This document shows positions 45,155 through 54,827 of a DNA stretch of 64,000 bases, one piece after another. Location of the stretch: the NCBI GenBank assembly GCA_019058425.1, contig JAHPYZ010000002.1, positions 27,880-91,879 of the forward strand. Direction: 5' to 3'. Made by a program: the position numbers and the translations under genes. The notes beneath the pieces are model-generated. The model saw only the letters and a list, made by a program, of their open reading frames with translations, was not told the DNA's origin and did not search any database. This stretch comes from Promethearchaeota archaeon (GTDB taxonomy: Archaea; Asgardarchaeota; Lokiarchaeia; Sigyniarchaeales; SOKP01). Each line of letters opens with the position of its first letter. The stretch's first letter is position 1.

Positions 45155-46795
45155 TTATACATCTAATACATAAATCGGCCACTTTTTCAAAATACCTTTG
45201 GGATTTTTCCCGTTTCGGACTTTATTTAACATTACAGATCTGGTTGCTAAGAAGTCTACCGGATTATTTTTGATTAATTCTAATTTAATATCTCTGTTTA
45301 AAATGGCTCGTTTAAAATTTTCATTTTTAATACACTTTACCAATATCTCACGATAATCTTGTAAATTTGAACATTTTGTATTGTCACTCGAGTAAAGATA
45401 TAATTTCTTTGCGTTATTCGTAGATCTAATATGGTTTATTAAAAGAAGTGAGTCAATATATAAAGCACAATTCTCTTTCAAGCAATTTAATAGTAACCGT
45501 GGATTATTAATATCGAAATTTGGAAAAGTAAAATAATCACCCGCATAGACTTTATAATTCGATGGTAAACTAATCTCACTTGATACATTTATTGGATATT
45601 TTAGTTGAAAACTTGATCTTAAGATTTTTCCGTCAATTTGAGGAAGCCCATTCTGATTTAAAAGAGAGATTACATCCCCTATATTTATATTAATTAATAC
45701 TCCTGTGGTATGAAGCCGAGAAACATAAAGCTTACCAAATTTATTTTGTGATCTAGAAACTGGTTCTCTCTTTCCATCATATTCTATTGCAGGTAAGGTT
45801 AAGGGAAAGATGTACATTCTATTAGAACGAGATATTTCAAAATCTCCCGCGTTAATACTTGCCGCAAATGGCCCAATTTCAGAAGCGACATAGAGATTAG
45901 TAAATTTTTCTGTGCCTTCTTCCCATTTCATAAATTTACGAATTAATAACCAATCTGATTTTGATAACGAACTAATACTAAAAATTAAAGTTGCCCTCGA
46001 TATTTTTTTTGATAATTCTTTCTGAATTTGTTTTGAAGTATTATACAATCCATTTTTTTCTATTTTCAACAAGAGATCTTGAAGTTTAGGATTTTTATTT
46101 TTTTTAATTAAATCAAGTGATCTTCTTATCCCCTCCTGGAGTCTATTAATATCTGCCCATCCTAAAATTGTTATAGCGGGAGCAGAAATAACTGAGATAT
46201 TATTCATCGTTAGAATTTGAGCTATAATCGCTAAATTCCTTGAATTTTTATATTCATAGAACAAATAAGATTTTGGTTTAATAATAGAAAGCATGATCCT
46301 TTGAGAAAATTCTGAAGAATAGAGTGAGACGTACTTCTTTGACTCAAAAGTACTAATTCCATCAAATTTCAATCTCGAGGGTACGAAAATTATAGCAGAT
46401 GATTTTGAATCTAATCCACTGGATTCAAAAATTGCTTGCATACCAGGAGCCCATTGCCTCTTTACAATATCTTTTGCCATATGAAACCATTTTAGCATAG
46501 ATAACTTACTGTTTGTTGTCCCTGATGTATGACAAAAGATTAGGGGATCATTTTCTTGTTTTTTTTTCAAGAAATCTTCTAAATCTATTGAGAAACTTCT
46601 TGATTCAGTGGTATCAGACTTTAATCTTTCGAAAATGTCTTCAACAGACGATAATCCCGAGAATTTTAAAGATATTTCCTCATATTCTTCCCGAGAACTA
46701 ATATCAAGCCATTTCTTCCAATCTGTTCTTTGAATATTGGAGAAATTATTATCGAAGATTCTTTGAGTCTCTAAATCAAAATCAAACGCATTCAA
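45155..46795 (-). CDS. Divergent adenylate-forming (ANL / PaaK-F390-synthetase / GH3-like) enzyme, putative
   Basis: 546 aa. FCHTSGTTNSKLSMLKW resembles the (T/S)SGTTG.PK P-loop motif. LYVASEIGP, NIGDVISL and PQIDGKILRS sit where motifs A5, A7 and A8 would be. All motifs are degenerate, so the call is tentative. Confidence 0.35.
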   Translation of the reverse strand: MNAFDFDLETQRIFDNNFSNIQRTDWKKWLDISSREEYEEISLKFSGLSSVEDIFERLKSDTTESRSFSIDLEDFLKKKQENDPLIFCHTSGTTNSKLSMLKWFHMAKDIVKRQWAPGMQAIFESSGLDSKSSAIIFVPSRLKFDGISTFESKKYVSLYSSEFSQRIMLSIIKPKSYLFYEYKNSRNLAIIAQILTMNNISVISAPAITILGWADINRLQEGIRRSLDLIKKNKNPKLQDLLLKIEKNGLYNTSKQIQKELSKKISRATLIFSISSLSKSDWLLIRKFMKWEEGTEKFTNLYVASEIGPFAASINAGDFEISRSNRMYIFPLTLPAIEYDGKREPVSRSQNKFGKLYVSRLHTTGVLININIGDVISLLNQNGLPQIDGKILRSSFQLKYPINVSSEISLPSNYKVYAGDYFTFPNFDINNPRLLLNCLKENCALYIDSLLLINHIRSTNNAKKLYLYSSDNTKCSNLQDYREILVKCIKNENFKRAILNRDIKLELIKNNPVDFLATRSVMLNKVRNGKNPKGILKKWPIYVLDV

Positions 46796-46852
46796 TTCAA
46801 AACCAATATAAATTTATGTAAAAAAAAAGGAAAAAGAAAATAAATAATTATG

Positions 46853-47401
46853 TTAAAATCTTATAGAATGCGGAATAATACCATAAAGACCAGTCTCGGA
46901 ATCTAGAAATAATTGTATGTTTGGAGGAAAATATGTGAATATTGCAAATAATAACCCAAATCCAATGAATATCAACAAAGAAGTAATCATATACCACTTA
47001 GATAATTGGTCTTTTGTCATAATTTTATAACTTACATATTGACCTATTATAACTCCGAATACAAAACTTAATATATCTATAATGAGTAATTCCGTTCCGA
47101 GTATAGCGGTATAAGAATAAAAAATAATCAGTATTGTACTAATAGCTATTAAAAATGAAATGGTTTTTCCTATAATGAAATTTTTCGCTTCTTCTTTAAT
47201 GAAATTATATTCTATTATTGAAAATATGATTAATGGCCAATATGGTAATTTGAGATGCTCCCACACACTTTCATTGACGGGAAAGATCGCGCCTAAAGGA
47301 CTCCAGTAATTCAATATTGCGAACATAAAATGGAATAAAGCACCAAGTATAACAATGACAAGTATTCCTAATGATTCCCATTTTAATATTGTATTTTTCA
47401 T
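46853..47401 (-). CDS. Small multi-pass membrane protein, unknown function
   Basis: 182 aa with 5 TM helices and no diagnostic motif. Confidence 0.4.
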   Translation of the reverse strand: MKNTILKWESLGILVIVILGALFHFMFAILNYWSPLGAIFPVNESVWEHLKLPYWPLIIFSIIEYNFIKEEAKNFIIGKTISFLIAISTILIIFYSYTAILGTELLIIDILSFVFGVIIGQYVSYKIMTKDQLSKWYMITSLLIFIGFGLLFAIFTYFPPNIQLFLDSETGLYGIIPHSIRF

Positions 47402-47614
47402 AATTTTACTCCTTCAAATTTAATTTTAGAATTAAAATACTTAGAAATTGTATTTAAAAGTAGGAGTTCTGATGATCTATATTTATTTTTAGATAAAAAA
47501 GTGCTGTTTAGATTATATAAACTTTATAGGAAAAAAGATTAATTATAAACTATATTTGAGCAATTTTAATTATAATTTCTAATATCAAATAATGTACTAA
47601 TTTAAGATGAACAA

Positions 47615-48625
47615 GTGATGAAAGCAGCTATCTTTGATGGTAAAGAAATCAAAATTGAAAATGTGCCTGAACCGATGATAAATGATTCTCAAGTATTGGT
47701 TCGTGTCAAGGCAGTAGGTATATGTGGAACAGATTTGGCTATAGCTCATGGAGATTTACCAACTCCTACGCCAATAATTCTAGGTCACGAATTCGTAGGA
47801 GAAGTGGTGAAATTAGGCAATAAAATTGAAAAAGATTGGCTTAATAAACGGGTGACTTCTGAAATAAATAGTAATATTGATTTTAGTTGCTATTATTGTA
47901 AGCAAGGACTATATACTCAGTGTTTATCTCGTAAAGCATTAGGTATTGATATAGATGGTGCTCTAGCAGAATATATCGCATTAGATCCTTATCTATTGCA
48001 TGAAATACCTGATTCAATAAGTTATGTGGAAGCAACCTTTATTGAACCTCTCGCTGCTGCCTATCAAACATTTGAAATGATGCCAATTGATAAAAATGAT
48101 GAGACTATGGTAATATTTGGGCTTGGAAAGTTAGGATTACTTATTACTCAAGTAGCATTGTCTAAAGGATTAAAGTTAATAGTTATAGATGGTTCAGATA
48201 AAAAACTGAATTTAGCAAAAAAATATGGAGCAATTCAGGGCTTAAATAGACATAATATTAAAGAAATTCCAATGGAAATTAAAAATCTTACTGCAGGATT
48301 AGGGGCGGATATAGTAGTTGATACAACTGGTAATCCCAATGCTCTTAAAGATATTATTTCATCTTGTAGAACTCGTGGAAAAGTTCATATAAAGAGCACT
48401 CATGGTCTTGAAACACCAATTAATTTAACAGATATCGTAGTTCGAGAGCTTACTCTTTATAGCAGTCGATGTGGACCATTTGAAAAAGCAATCGAAGGTC
48501 TGAAATCTGGGGATATACAAGTTAAAGAATTAATTTCAAAAAAATTTGATTTAGATAATGTACATGAGGCTTTTGACTCTTATAGCATAAGTAGTGATTA
48601 TATTAAGACTCTAATTTTGATTTAA
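47615..48625 (+). CDS. Zinc-dependent medium-chain alcohol/polyol dehydrogenase
   Basis: 336 aa with GICGTDL, GHEFVGEV, a structural-zinc Cys cluster (CYYCKQGLYTQC) and a GLGKLG Rossmann motif. Confidence 0.8.
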   Translation: MMKAAIFDGKEIKIENVPEPMINDSQVLVRVKAVGICGTDLAIAHGDLPTPTPIILGHEFVGEVVKLGNKIEKDWLNKRVTSEINSNIDFSCYYCKQGLYTQCLSRKALGIDIDGALAEYIALDPYLLHEIPDSISYVEATFIEPLAAAYQTFEMMPIDKNDETMVIFGLGKLGLLITQVALSKGLKLIVIDGSDKKLNLAKKYGAIQGLNRHNIKEIPMEIKNLTAGLGADIVVDTTGNPNALKDIISSCRTRGKVHIKSTHGLETPINLTDIVVRELTLYSSRCGPFEKAIEGLKSGDIQVKELISKKFDLDNVHEAFDSYSISSDYIKTLILI

Positions 48626-48757
48626 TGCTCTATTGTGTATTAAAACTCAAAAATTTATAAGCACAAGTAAAAAAACATTGAATTTTTTAGAAAATAAATT
48701 TTAATTATAACATATATAATTAAAACCATAATTTAGTACTTTTAAGGAAAAGTAAAG

Positions 48758-50587
48758 ATGGGGATGACAGAATTAACTTCAATTGAGACTGTCCCAGAGA
48801 AGCACTCTATTCGAGAGGAAATTGATACTCAATATTTTTGGTATCTATTTGTTCTTTTCGCAATATTTTTAGCATCATTAGTTATTCCTGCTATTATATT
48901 CATTTTTTATATGATTTTCTTCTTTATACCTAATTTTTTAGAAGTTCCAAGTTTTTTAGCTCTTTTTACACAATTTAAACCTTTATTAGCCTTAGTCTCT
49001 ATGCCTTTAGTCCTAATCGGTTGTTATCTTATTCGTTTATATTTTATTGGATTAATAACACGTGGTTTTAAGTTTTTAACCGAAAAAAGATCTCCTAGTA
49101 AAGAAGGTATTATTCCAAGAAATTTTCCCAGCAAAACCTTAAGTTACTATCAAATCAGAGGGTTTATGATAAAATATGGAAAGAATGCGTTCATGAAAGG
49201 ACCTTTTCCATGGCTTGGCAATTGGTATTTTAATTTTATAGGTGCTAGTAAAATTGGAAAAGGCACTACATTTGAAGAATCCCCCAGTAATGATAAATTT
49301 ATTGAAGTAGGAGAGAATTCCTATATTGGAGTTAATTCATCTTTAGCTAGTCACGTTATTGAGGGAATTTTTGGAAACATTTCATATTTTAAAGTAAAAA
49401 CTGGAAATAATTTTACTGCTGCAGCCAGTAATGTTTTAGGTCCTGGTTCTGAGGCATATGATAATTCTTATTTACTTCCTTTAGCAGCAACCCCAAAGCA
49501 TAGTGTAATTAAAGGAAATAATTATTATTGGGGTATGCCTTTAAGGAAAATTTTCAGAAAAAAGATAATGAATTTTTTAAGATTAACACCAAAAGATTTA
49601 GAGAGAGGTGAAAATGTTGGAGGTTTTCGGGACAAAAAATTGTTAAAAAAATTAAAAACTAGAAAACTCTCAAAACACCTTGAATCTGAGACAAAAATAC
49701 AACAAGAAAACACAGAATCTAGAGAGAGTCTTATAAACCATAATAATATAGATGAAGAAAATCTAAAAATTGATTTTACTACAAGTAGTGCGATTTCAAG
49801 AGTAAATATTAGATTTTTAGTTTTATATATCCCAATTTTTTGGTTATCTGGGATGTTAGATACTGCAATCTTTTATTCTTTCACTTCATATGTTCACAAT
49901 TGGATATTAATGGCCTTTTTTCTACCTGCTATATTTATTATTATGTGGTTTGTTTTCATTTTTGGGTGTTTTATTTTCAGTAAACTTTTCCTAGTCTTAA
50001 TAAATTTAATACATAAGCCAAAAGAAGGAATCTTCAAGGCGGAAAAGGGTGATTCTGATTTTGAGTTTTGGTGTTTACGAACTGAATTAAAAAAGATAGC
50101 ATTTTGGCTTATAAGAAATTGGCCGCTTCCATGGATGGATATTTTAGCCTTTAAATGGTTTGGAATTAAAATGAAATTATCAAGTACCTTATGGGATTCC
50201 TACACTGATGGTGAGTTTATTCAGTTTGGACGTAGAGTAATAGTTGGACAAGGTGCTAGTGTTATGTCTTCAATGGTAATAGGTAAATATTTACTGATTA
50301 AGAAAGTCTTCTTTGATGATTATGTTGTTATTGGAGGGCAGAGTATCATCGCCCCAGGAACGATTGTTGGTAAGGATTCTGTGGTTGGGGCTCTCAGTAC
50401 GACTACTTATAATCAAGTTCTTGAACCAGGTTGGATTTATTTTGGAATTCCAGTAATTAAATTAAAACCAAATAAGTATGCTGAGGGAAGAAGGGAAATT
50501 CTTATGAAAAGAGATGTTGATGGGGAGAAAAAGTTTGAAATAAAGTATGATGTCAATGTCGATGAAGATAAGAAAGATATCGCTTAG
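48758..50587 (+). CDS. Fused module-1 + module-2 TM/hexapeptide beta-helix protein (locus 2)
   Basis: 609 aa. Residues 1-300 are colinear with 38000-38935 (KRSPSKEGIIPRNFPSKTLSYYQIRGF...GPFPWLGNWYFNFIGASKIGKG). Residues 330-609 are colinear with 38922-39803 (IHKPKEGIFKAEKGDSDFEFW...IQFGRRVIVGQGASVMSSMVIGKYLLIKK). No module-3 gene follows. Confidence 0.6.
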   Translation: MGMTELTSIETVPEKHSIREEIDTQYFWYLFVLFAIFLASLVIPAIIFIFYMIFFFIPNFLEVPSFLALFTQFKPLLALVSMPLVLIGCYLIRLYFIGLITRGFKFLTEKRSPSKEGIIPRNFPSKTLSYYQIRGFMIKYGKNAFMKGPFPWLGNWYFNFIGASKIGKGTTFEESPSNDKFIEVGENSYIGVNSSLASHVIEGIFGNISYFKVKTGNNFTAAASNVLGPGSEAYDNSYLLPLAATPKHSVIKGNNYYWGMPLRKIFRKKIMNFLRLTPKDLERGENVGGFRDKKLLKKLKTRKLSKHLESETKIQQENTESRESLINHNNIDEENLKIDFTTSSAISRVNIRFLVLYIPIFWLSGMLDTAIFYSFTSYVHNWILMAFFLPAIFIIMWFVFIFGCFIFSKLFLVLINLIHKPKEGIFKAEKGDSDFEFWCLRTELKKIAFWLIRNWPLPWMDILAFKWFGIKMKLSSTLWDSYTDGEFIQFGRRVIVGQGASVMSSMVIGKYLLIKKVFFDDYVVIGGQSIIAPGTIVGKDSVVGALSTTTYNQVLEPGWIYFGIPVIKLKPNKYAEGRREILMKRDVDGEKKFEIKYDVNVDEDKKDIA

Positions 50588-50605
50588 GTTTTCATTAATT
50601 TTTTA

Positions 50606-50998
50606 CTATATCTTTAAATTGAGTTGTTTTTTCAAGAATTTCTTCAAATTTTTACAAGTATTATTCAATACAGCTTTTTCTTTATAAAATAGATGAGTTC
50701 GAGGACAATACTTATCATATATACATTTTTGTTTTTCAAAATCAAAAATTAGAGGATAAAATCTACAACCTTGTGGCCTATATTCATAAATATTACATAT
50801 TTTTGAATTTTTCTCAAAAAAAATACAATTACCTTCAATATTTTTCAATTGAAAAAGGTTATCTTCATTTTTAAAATAAAATGCTTGATTAGGTAAATAA
50901 TTTTGGCATTTTCTTATTATTAAGCTAATATCATCTTCGGAGACAATCATCTCTGTCTCTATACAACACTTTCCGCAATCCTTACATTTATCAGACAT
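50606..50998 (-). CDS. YkgJ/UPF0153-type CxxCxxCC Cys-cluster protein
   Basis: 130 aa. CKDCGKCC near the N-terminus plus later Cys residues (CIFF, CNIYEYRPQGCRFYP) fit the putative Zn/Fe-chelating YkgJ family. Confidence 0.55.
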   Translation of the reverse strand: MSDKCKDCGKCCIETEMIVSEDDISLIIRKCQNYLPNQAFYFKNEDNLFQLKNIEGNCIFFEKNSKICNIYEYRPQGCRFYPLIFDFEKQKCIYDKYCPRTHLFYKEKAVLNNTCKNLKKFLKKQLNLKI

Positions 50999-51085
50999 TA
51001 TGATTTGTTCTTTTTATCTGAGACTAATACTTTTAAAAGAAAAAAAAATATCTATTAAATTATAATAAGTATCAATTGTTTTTTA

Positions 51086-52939
51086 ATGAAGAAAAAATTA
51101 CTGAAACCTAGCGAAGAAGTTATAAAAGAAGAAGTAAGTCTTCAATTTCATTTATATATTATAATATTCGCTATAATCTATTATGTTTCATGGGTTATTC
51201 CAGGATTTGTTTTTTGGCTATATTTTTTCTTTCCCTTTCGAATATTTTTTCTAGAAAATATTGGATTTTTTTCTTTATTTACTAATCTTAGTTCTCTAAT
51301 AAGCTTGTTGATTATGCCGTTGGTGATTATTGGCTGCTATTTGCTTCATTTATTTTTTCTTGGATTAATTACACGATTAATTTGGGGAATTACAGAAAGG
51401 ATTTCTCCATCCAAATCAGGAATAATACCAAGAAATATTAAAAGTAGGGCTGCCAATTATTACCATATACGAAGTTTCATGATAAAATATGGAAAGAATA
51501 CATTTACAAAAGGAATGTTTCCATGGCTCTCGAATTGGTTTTTTAATTTTGTAGGAACAAACAAAATAGGAAAAGGCTCTACTTTTGAGGAATCTGTAGG
51601 AAATGATAAATTTGTTGAAGTAGGAGAGAATTGCTATTTCGGAGTTAATTCTACTTTAGCAAGTCATCTGATCCAAGGAGTCTTTGGAAACATATCATAT
51701 TTTAAAATTAATGTTGGAAATAATGTTACTTTTGCTGCAATGTGCGGAGTAGGTCCTGGGTCAGAACTTTATGATAATGCTTATCTATTACCGCTAGCTT
51801 CAACTCCAAAACATAGTGTGATGAAAGGAAGTAATTACTATTTTGGAATGCCAATGAGGAAAATCTTTAGGAAGAAAATAATGAATTATCTTGATGTAGT
51901 TCCAAAAGATTTGGAAATGAGTGATAATATTCAGGGGTATTCTGATAAGAAATTATTAAAAGAAATAAAAGAAAAAAAAGGGGTTTTAAAAACTTTTGAT
52001 GAAAAACTCGATAAAGAACAATTATTAAGTAATCAAGAAGATGAAGTAGTAAATATAGAAAATCTAACTGAACAAGATTTAAGGATTGATTTCACCACTA
52101 GTTCAGCAATAAGTAGGGTAAATGCAAAATTCTTACTTGTTTATATACCTATTTTTTGGCTATCAGGACTAGTAGTAACAATAATTTGGTATTGGTACTC
52201 TAGAACACAAGTTGCAACAAACTTTCAATGGTCTTTTTTCTTTGCTTTCCCACTTGTTTTGTTCGGATTAACGTATATCTTTATTTTAGGGTGTCTTCTT
52301 TTTAGTAAGCTTTTTTTGATATTAGTCAACTTAATTCACAGACCTAAGGAGGGGGTTTTCAAAGCTGCGATTGGGAATACTGATTTTGAGTTTTGGCAGT
52401 TGAGAACTGAGTTAAAGAAGATTCCTTTATGGTTTTTTCGGAATTCACCATTTCCATGGACTGATGTTTTAGCTTTCAAACAAATGGGGGTTAATATGGA
52501 TTTTTCTAGCCATTTAGCTGACACATGGTGTGACTCGGAATTTATTAAATTTGGTCGGAAAGTTATGATTGGGCAAGGAGCTACTTTAATGTCTTCAATG
52601 GTAGTTGGTAAATATTTATTAATTAAGAAAGTATTTTTTGAGGACTATGTTATGGTTGGAGGACATACTACAATATCCCCTGGAACCGTAATAGGGAAAG
52701 AAACTGTTATTGGTGCTCTCAGTACAAGTACTTATGAACAGGTTTTAGAACCAGCATGGATATACTTCGGAATTCCAGCTATGAAAATGAAAGAAAACAA
52801 GTATGCTGAAGAGAGAAGAGATATAATAATAAAACGAGAAGTTGCAGATGCTAAAAAGACTGAATTAATACATGATGTAAATATTGATGAAGATAAAAAA
52901 AAATTAATCAAATTAGAAAAAGAGAGTGAGGAAAAATGA
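51086..52939 (+). CDS. Fused module-1 + module-2 TM/hexapeptide beta-helix protein (locus 3)
   Basis: 617 aa, colinear with 48758-50587 over its full length (ERISPSKSGIIPRNIKSRAANYYHIRSF...; IHRPKEGVFKAAIGNTDFEFW...IKFGRKVMIGQGATLMSSMVVGKYLLIKK). Confidence 0.6.
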   Translation: MKKKLLKPSEEVIKEEVSLQFHLYIIIFAIIYYVSWVIPGFVFWLYFFFPFRIFFLENIGFFSLFTNLSSLISLLIMPLVIIGCYLLHLFFLGLITRLIWGITERISPSKSGIIPRNIKSRAANYYHIRSFMIKYGKNTFTKGMFPWLSNWFFNFVGTNKIGKGSTFEESVGNDKFVEVGENCYFGVNSTLASHLIQGVFGNISYFKINVGNNVTFAAMCGVGPGSELYDNAYLLPLASTPKHSVMKGSNYYFGMPMRKIFRKKIMNYLDVVPKDLEMSDNIQGYSDKKLLKEIKEKKGVLKTFDEKLDKEQLLSNQEDEVVNIENLTEQDLRIDFTTSSAISRVNAKFLLVYIPIFWLSGLVVTIIWYWYSRTQVATNFQWSFFFAFPLVLFGLTYIFILGCLLFSKLFLILVNLIHRPKEGVFKAAIGNTDFEFWQLRTELKKIPLWFFRNSPFPWTDVLAFKQMGVNMDFSSHLADTWCDSEFIKFGRKVMIGQGATLMSSMVVGKYLLIKKVFFEDYVMVGGHTTISPGTVIGKETVIGALSTSTYEQVLEPAWIYFGIPAMKMKENKYAEERRDIIIKREVADAKKTELIHDVNIDEDKKKLIKLEKESEEK

Positions 52940-53886
52940 GTGTTCCAAATACAATGAGAATCGGACCTTTTGTTACAAATGTTTTAGTAAAAAAAAGTTA
53001 TTTAATTTTATATATTTTTATTATATGGGCAAGTCTCATTCCAATCCTTTTGGAATTCTGGATTTATTGGCGATTTTTATGGAATGCAGTGAGACCTGTC
53101 CATTTTTATACATTTCTTCCACTCTTAGCTTTTCTGATGTATATTACTCTCGTTTTTTCTGCAATTATTTTTGCTAAGATCATATTGCTGGTCGTAAATG
53201 TTATTCATAAACCCCGAGAAGGTGTTTTTTTACGAATTCCAGAGGATCAAGATTATAGATATTGGAGTCTTCGAAGTGTTATAAAGAGATGGCCAATCTG
53301 GCTCGCTCACAGATTTCCTTTCCCAGGATTTATGGATAATATTTGTTTCAAAATGTTTGGAGTGAAAACAAAGATTTCGAACTCTTTATTTGAAGGGTGG
53401 GTTGATGCTGAATTTGTAGAGTTTGGTAAAGATGTAGTAGTAGGACAAGGAGCAATTGTACAATCTGCTGTAATTATTGGTAATCTATTAATAATCAGGA
53501 AAACAATCGTTGAAGAAAATGTTAGAATAGGTTCACATGCTATAATAATGCCAGGTACACATATCGGATATAATTGTATTTTAGCAGCGAATTCAGTGAC
53601 TACAGTTGGCCAAGTTTTAGAGAGAGGTTATATTTATGCGGGAGTTCCAGCAAAGAAATTTAAGAAGAATTATTTTTTTGAAGATGGTTTAGAAGATAGA
53701 ATAGGTCATGTAGAAGATGTTGAAGCGTTAAGAGAGAAATATGAAGAAATATATACTAAAAGGCATGATCAAATTACCCGTAAAGACCGCAGGGAAATCA
53801 AGAGAGAAAAGAAGGAAGAAGAAAAGAAGAGATTTGATATCGCCGCCGAAGAATGGGAAGAATTTGATGATGGTTTCAATATATAG
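52936..53886 (+). CDS. Module-3 TM/hexapeptide beta-helix protein (locus 3)
   Basis: 316 aa. ATGA overlap with the preceding gene. Colinear with 39806-40654 (IHKPREGVFLRIPEDQDYRYWSLRS...VEFGKDVVVGQGAIVQSAVIIGNLLIIRK). The C-terminal tail is charged. Confidence 0.6.
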   Translation: MSVPNTMRIGPFVTNVLVKKSYLILYIFIIWASLIPILLEFWIYWRFLWNAVRPVHFYTFLPLLAFLMYITLVFSAIIFAKIILLVVNVIHKPREGVFLRIPEDQDYRYWSLRSVIKRWPIWLAHRFPFPGFMDNICFKMFGVKTKISNSLFEGWVDAEFVEFGKDVVVGQGAIVQSAVIIGNLLIIRKTIVEENVRIGSHAIIMPGTHIGYNCILAANSVTTVGQVLERGYIYAGVPAKKFKKNYFFEDGLEDRIGHVEDVEALREKYEEIYTKRHDQITRKDRREIKREKKEEEKKRFDIAAEEWEEFDDGFNI

Positions 53887-54088
53887 TACAGAAATCATGA
53901 TTTAACTAACTATAGTTTTTACTATTAATTTAATTAGTTTTATAATAGTAATTTTCTTAATATGTAACTTAAATATTATAAGTTAGAATCCAAATTTTTC
54001 AAAAACAAGTTATAAGGATATCTCTTCACTTGAACTAATGATCAATGAGATCTTTATCAGTAAAACAATCTAGTTTAAACAATTTAGC

Positions 54089-54796
54089 TTATTTTAATAT
54101 GAAGTACATTCTTCTATTGTTTTTACCTTTATTGACTGTTTTAGTTACCTCAATTTTGCCAATTTCTTTTAGATGATTGATATGTGTGCCTCCGTCTACT
54201 TGTTCATCGATATCTCCAATTCTAACAATTCTAAATTCTTTGATATTCTTAGGTAATCCTACAGCTAGGCGTGCTAATTCAGGTTTTCCTAAAACCTCAT
54301 CCCTAGTCATGTAATCGATAGTAGTTGGTAAGTCTTGCTCGATAATACTATTAGCTTCATCTACAAAATCTCTCAATTTTTCAGGAGAATAATCTAGCAT
54401 TGAGAAATCCATTCTTGTTTTATCCATTTCTATTTGATTCCCTGTAATTTTCGCATCAGCTCTCTTATAAAGTATATTACTAATGAGATGAGAAGCTGTA
54501 TGATATCGCATATAGGTATATCTACGTTCCCAATTGAGTTCACAATGAACCTTATCACCTTCTTTTAACCCTGACTTATCTACTTCATGACTAATATTCC
54601 CTGAAAACTTTCCAACATAAACCACCTTATACTCTTGATCATCCTTTATGATTGAGCCTTCATCCCAAGGTTGACCTCCTCCTTTAGGGTAGAAAGCAGT
54701 ATTATCTAATACCACATATTTATCATCTGTGACACTTACCACTTTCGCATTCCAGCTTTTAAGGTAAGAATCATCCATATAGAGTGCTCTAGCCAT
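54089..54796 (-). CDS. alaX: AlaX-M type alanyl-tRNA editing protein
   Basis: 235 aa with an N-terminal beta-barrel region, YHTASHL and VDGGTHINHL editing-site motifs. Confidence 0.8.
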   Translation of the reverse strand: MARALYMDDSYLKSWNAKVVSVTDDKYVVLDNTAFYPKGGGQPWDEGSIIKDDQEYKVVYVGKFSGNISHEVDKSGLKEGDKVHCELNWERRYTYMRYHTASHLISNILYKRADAKITGNQIEMDKTRMDFSMLDYSPEKLRDFVDEANSIIEQDLPTTIDYMTRDEVLGKPELARLAVGLPKNIKEFRIVRIGDIDEQVDGGTHINHLKEIGKIEVTKTVNKGKNNRRMYFILK

Positions 54797-54827
54797 AAAA
54801 AGAAAAATAATCCTTTACCTTATAACT

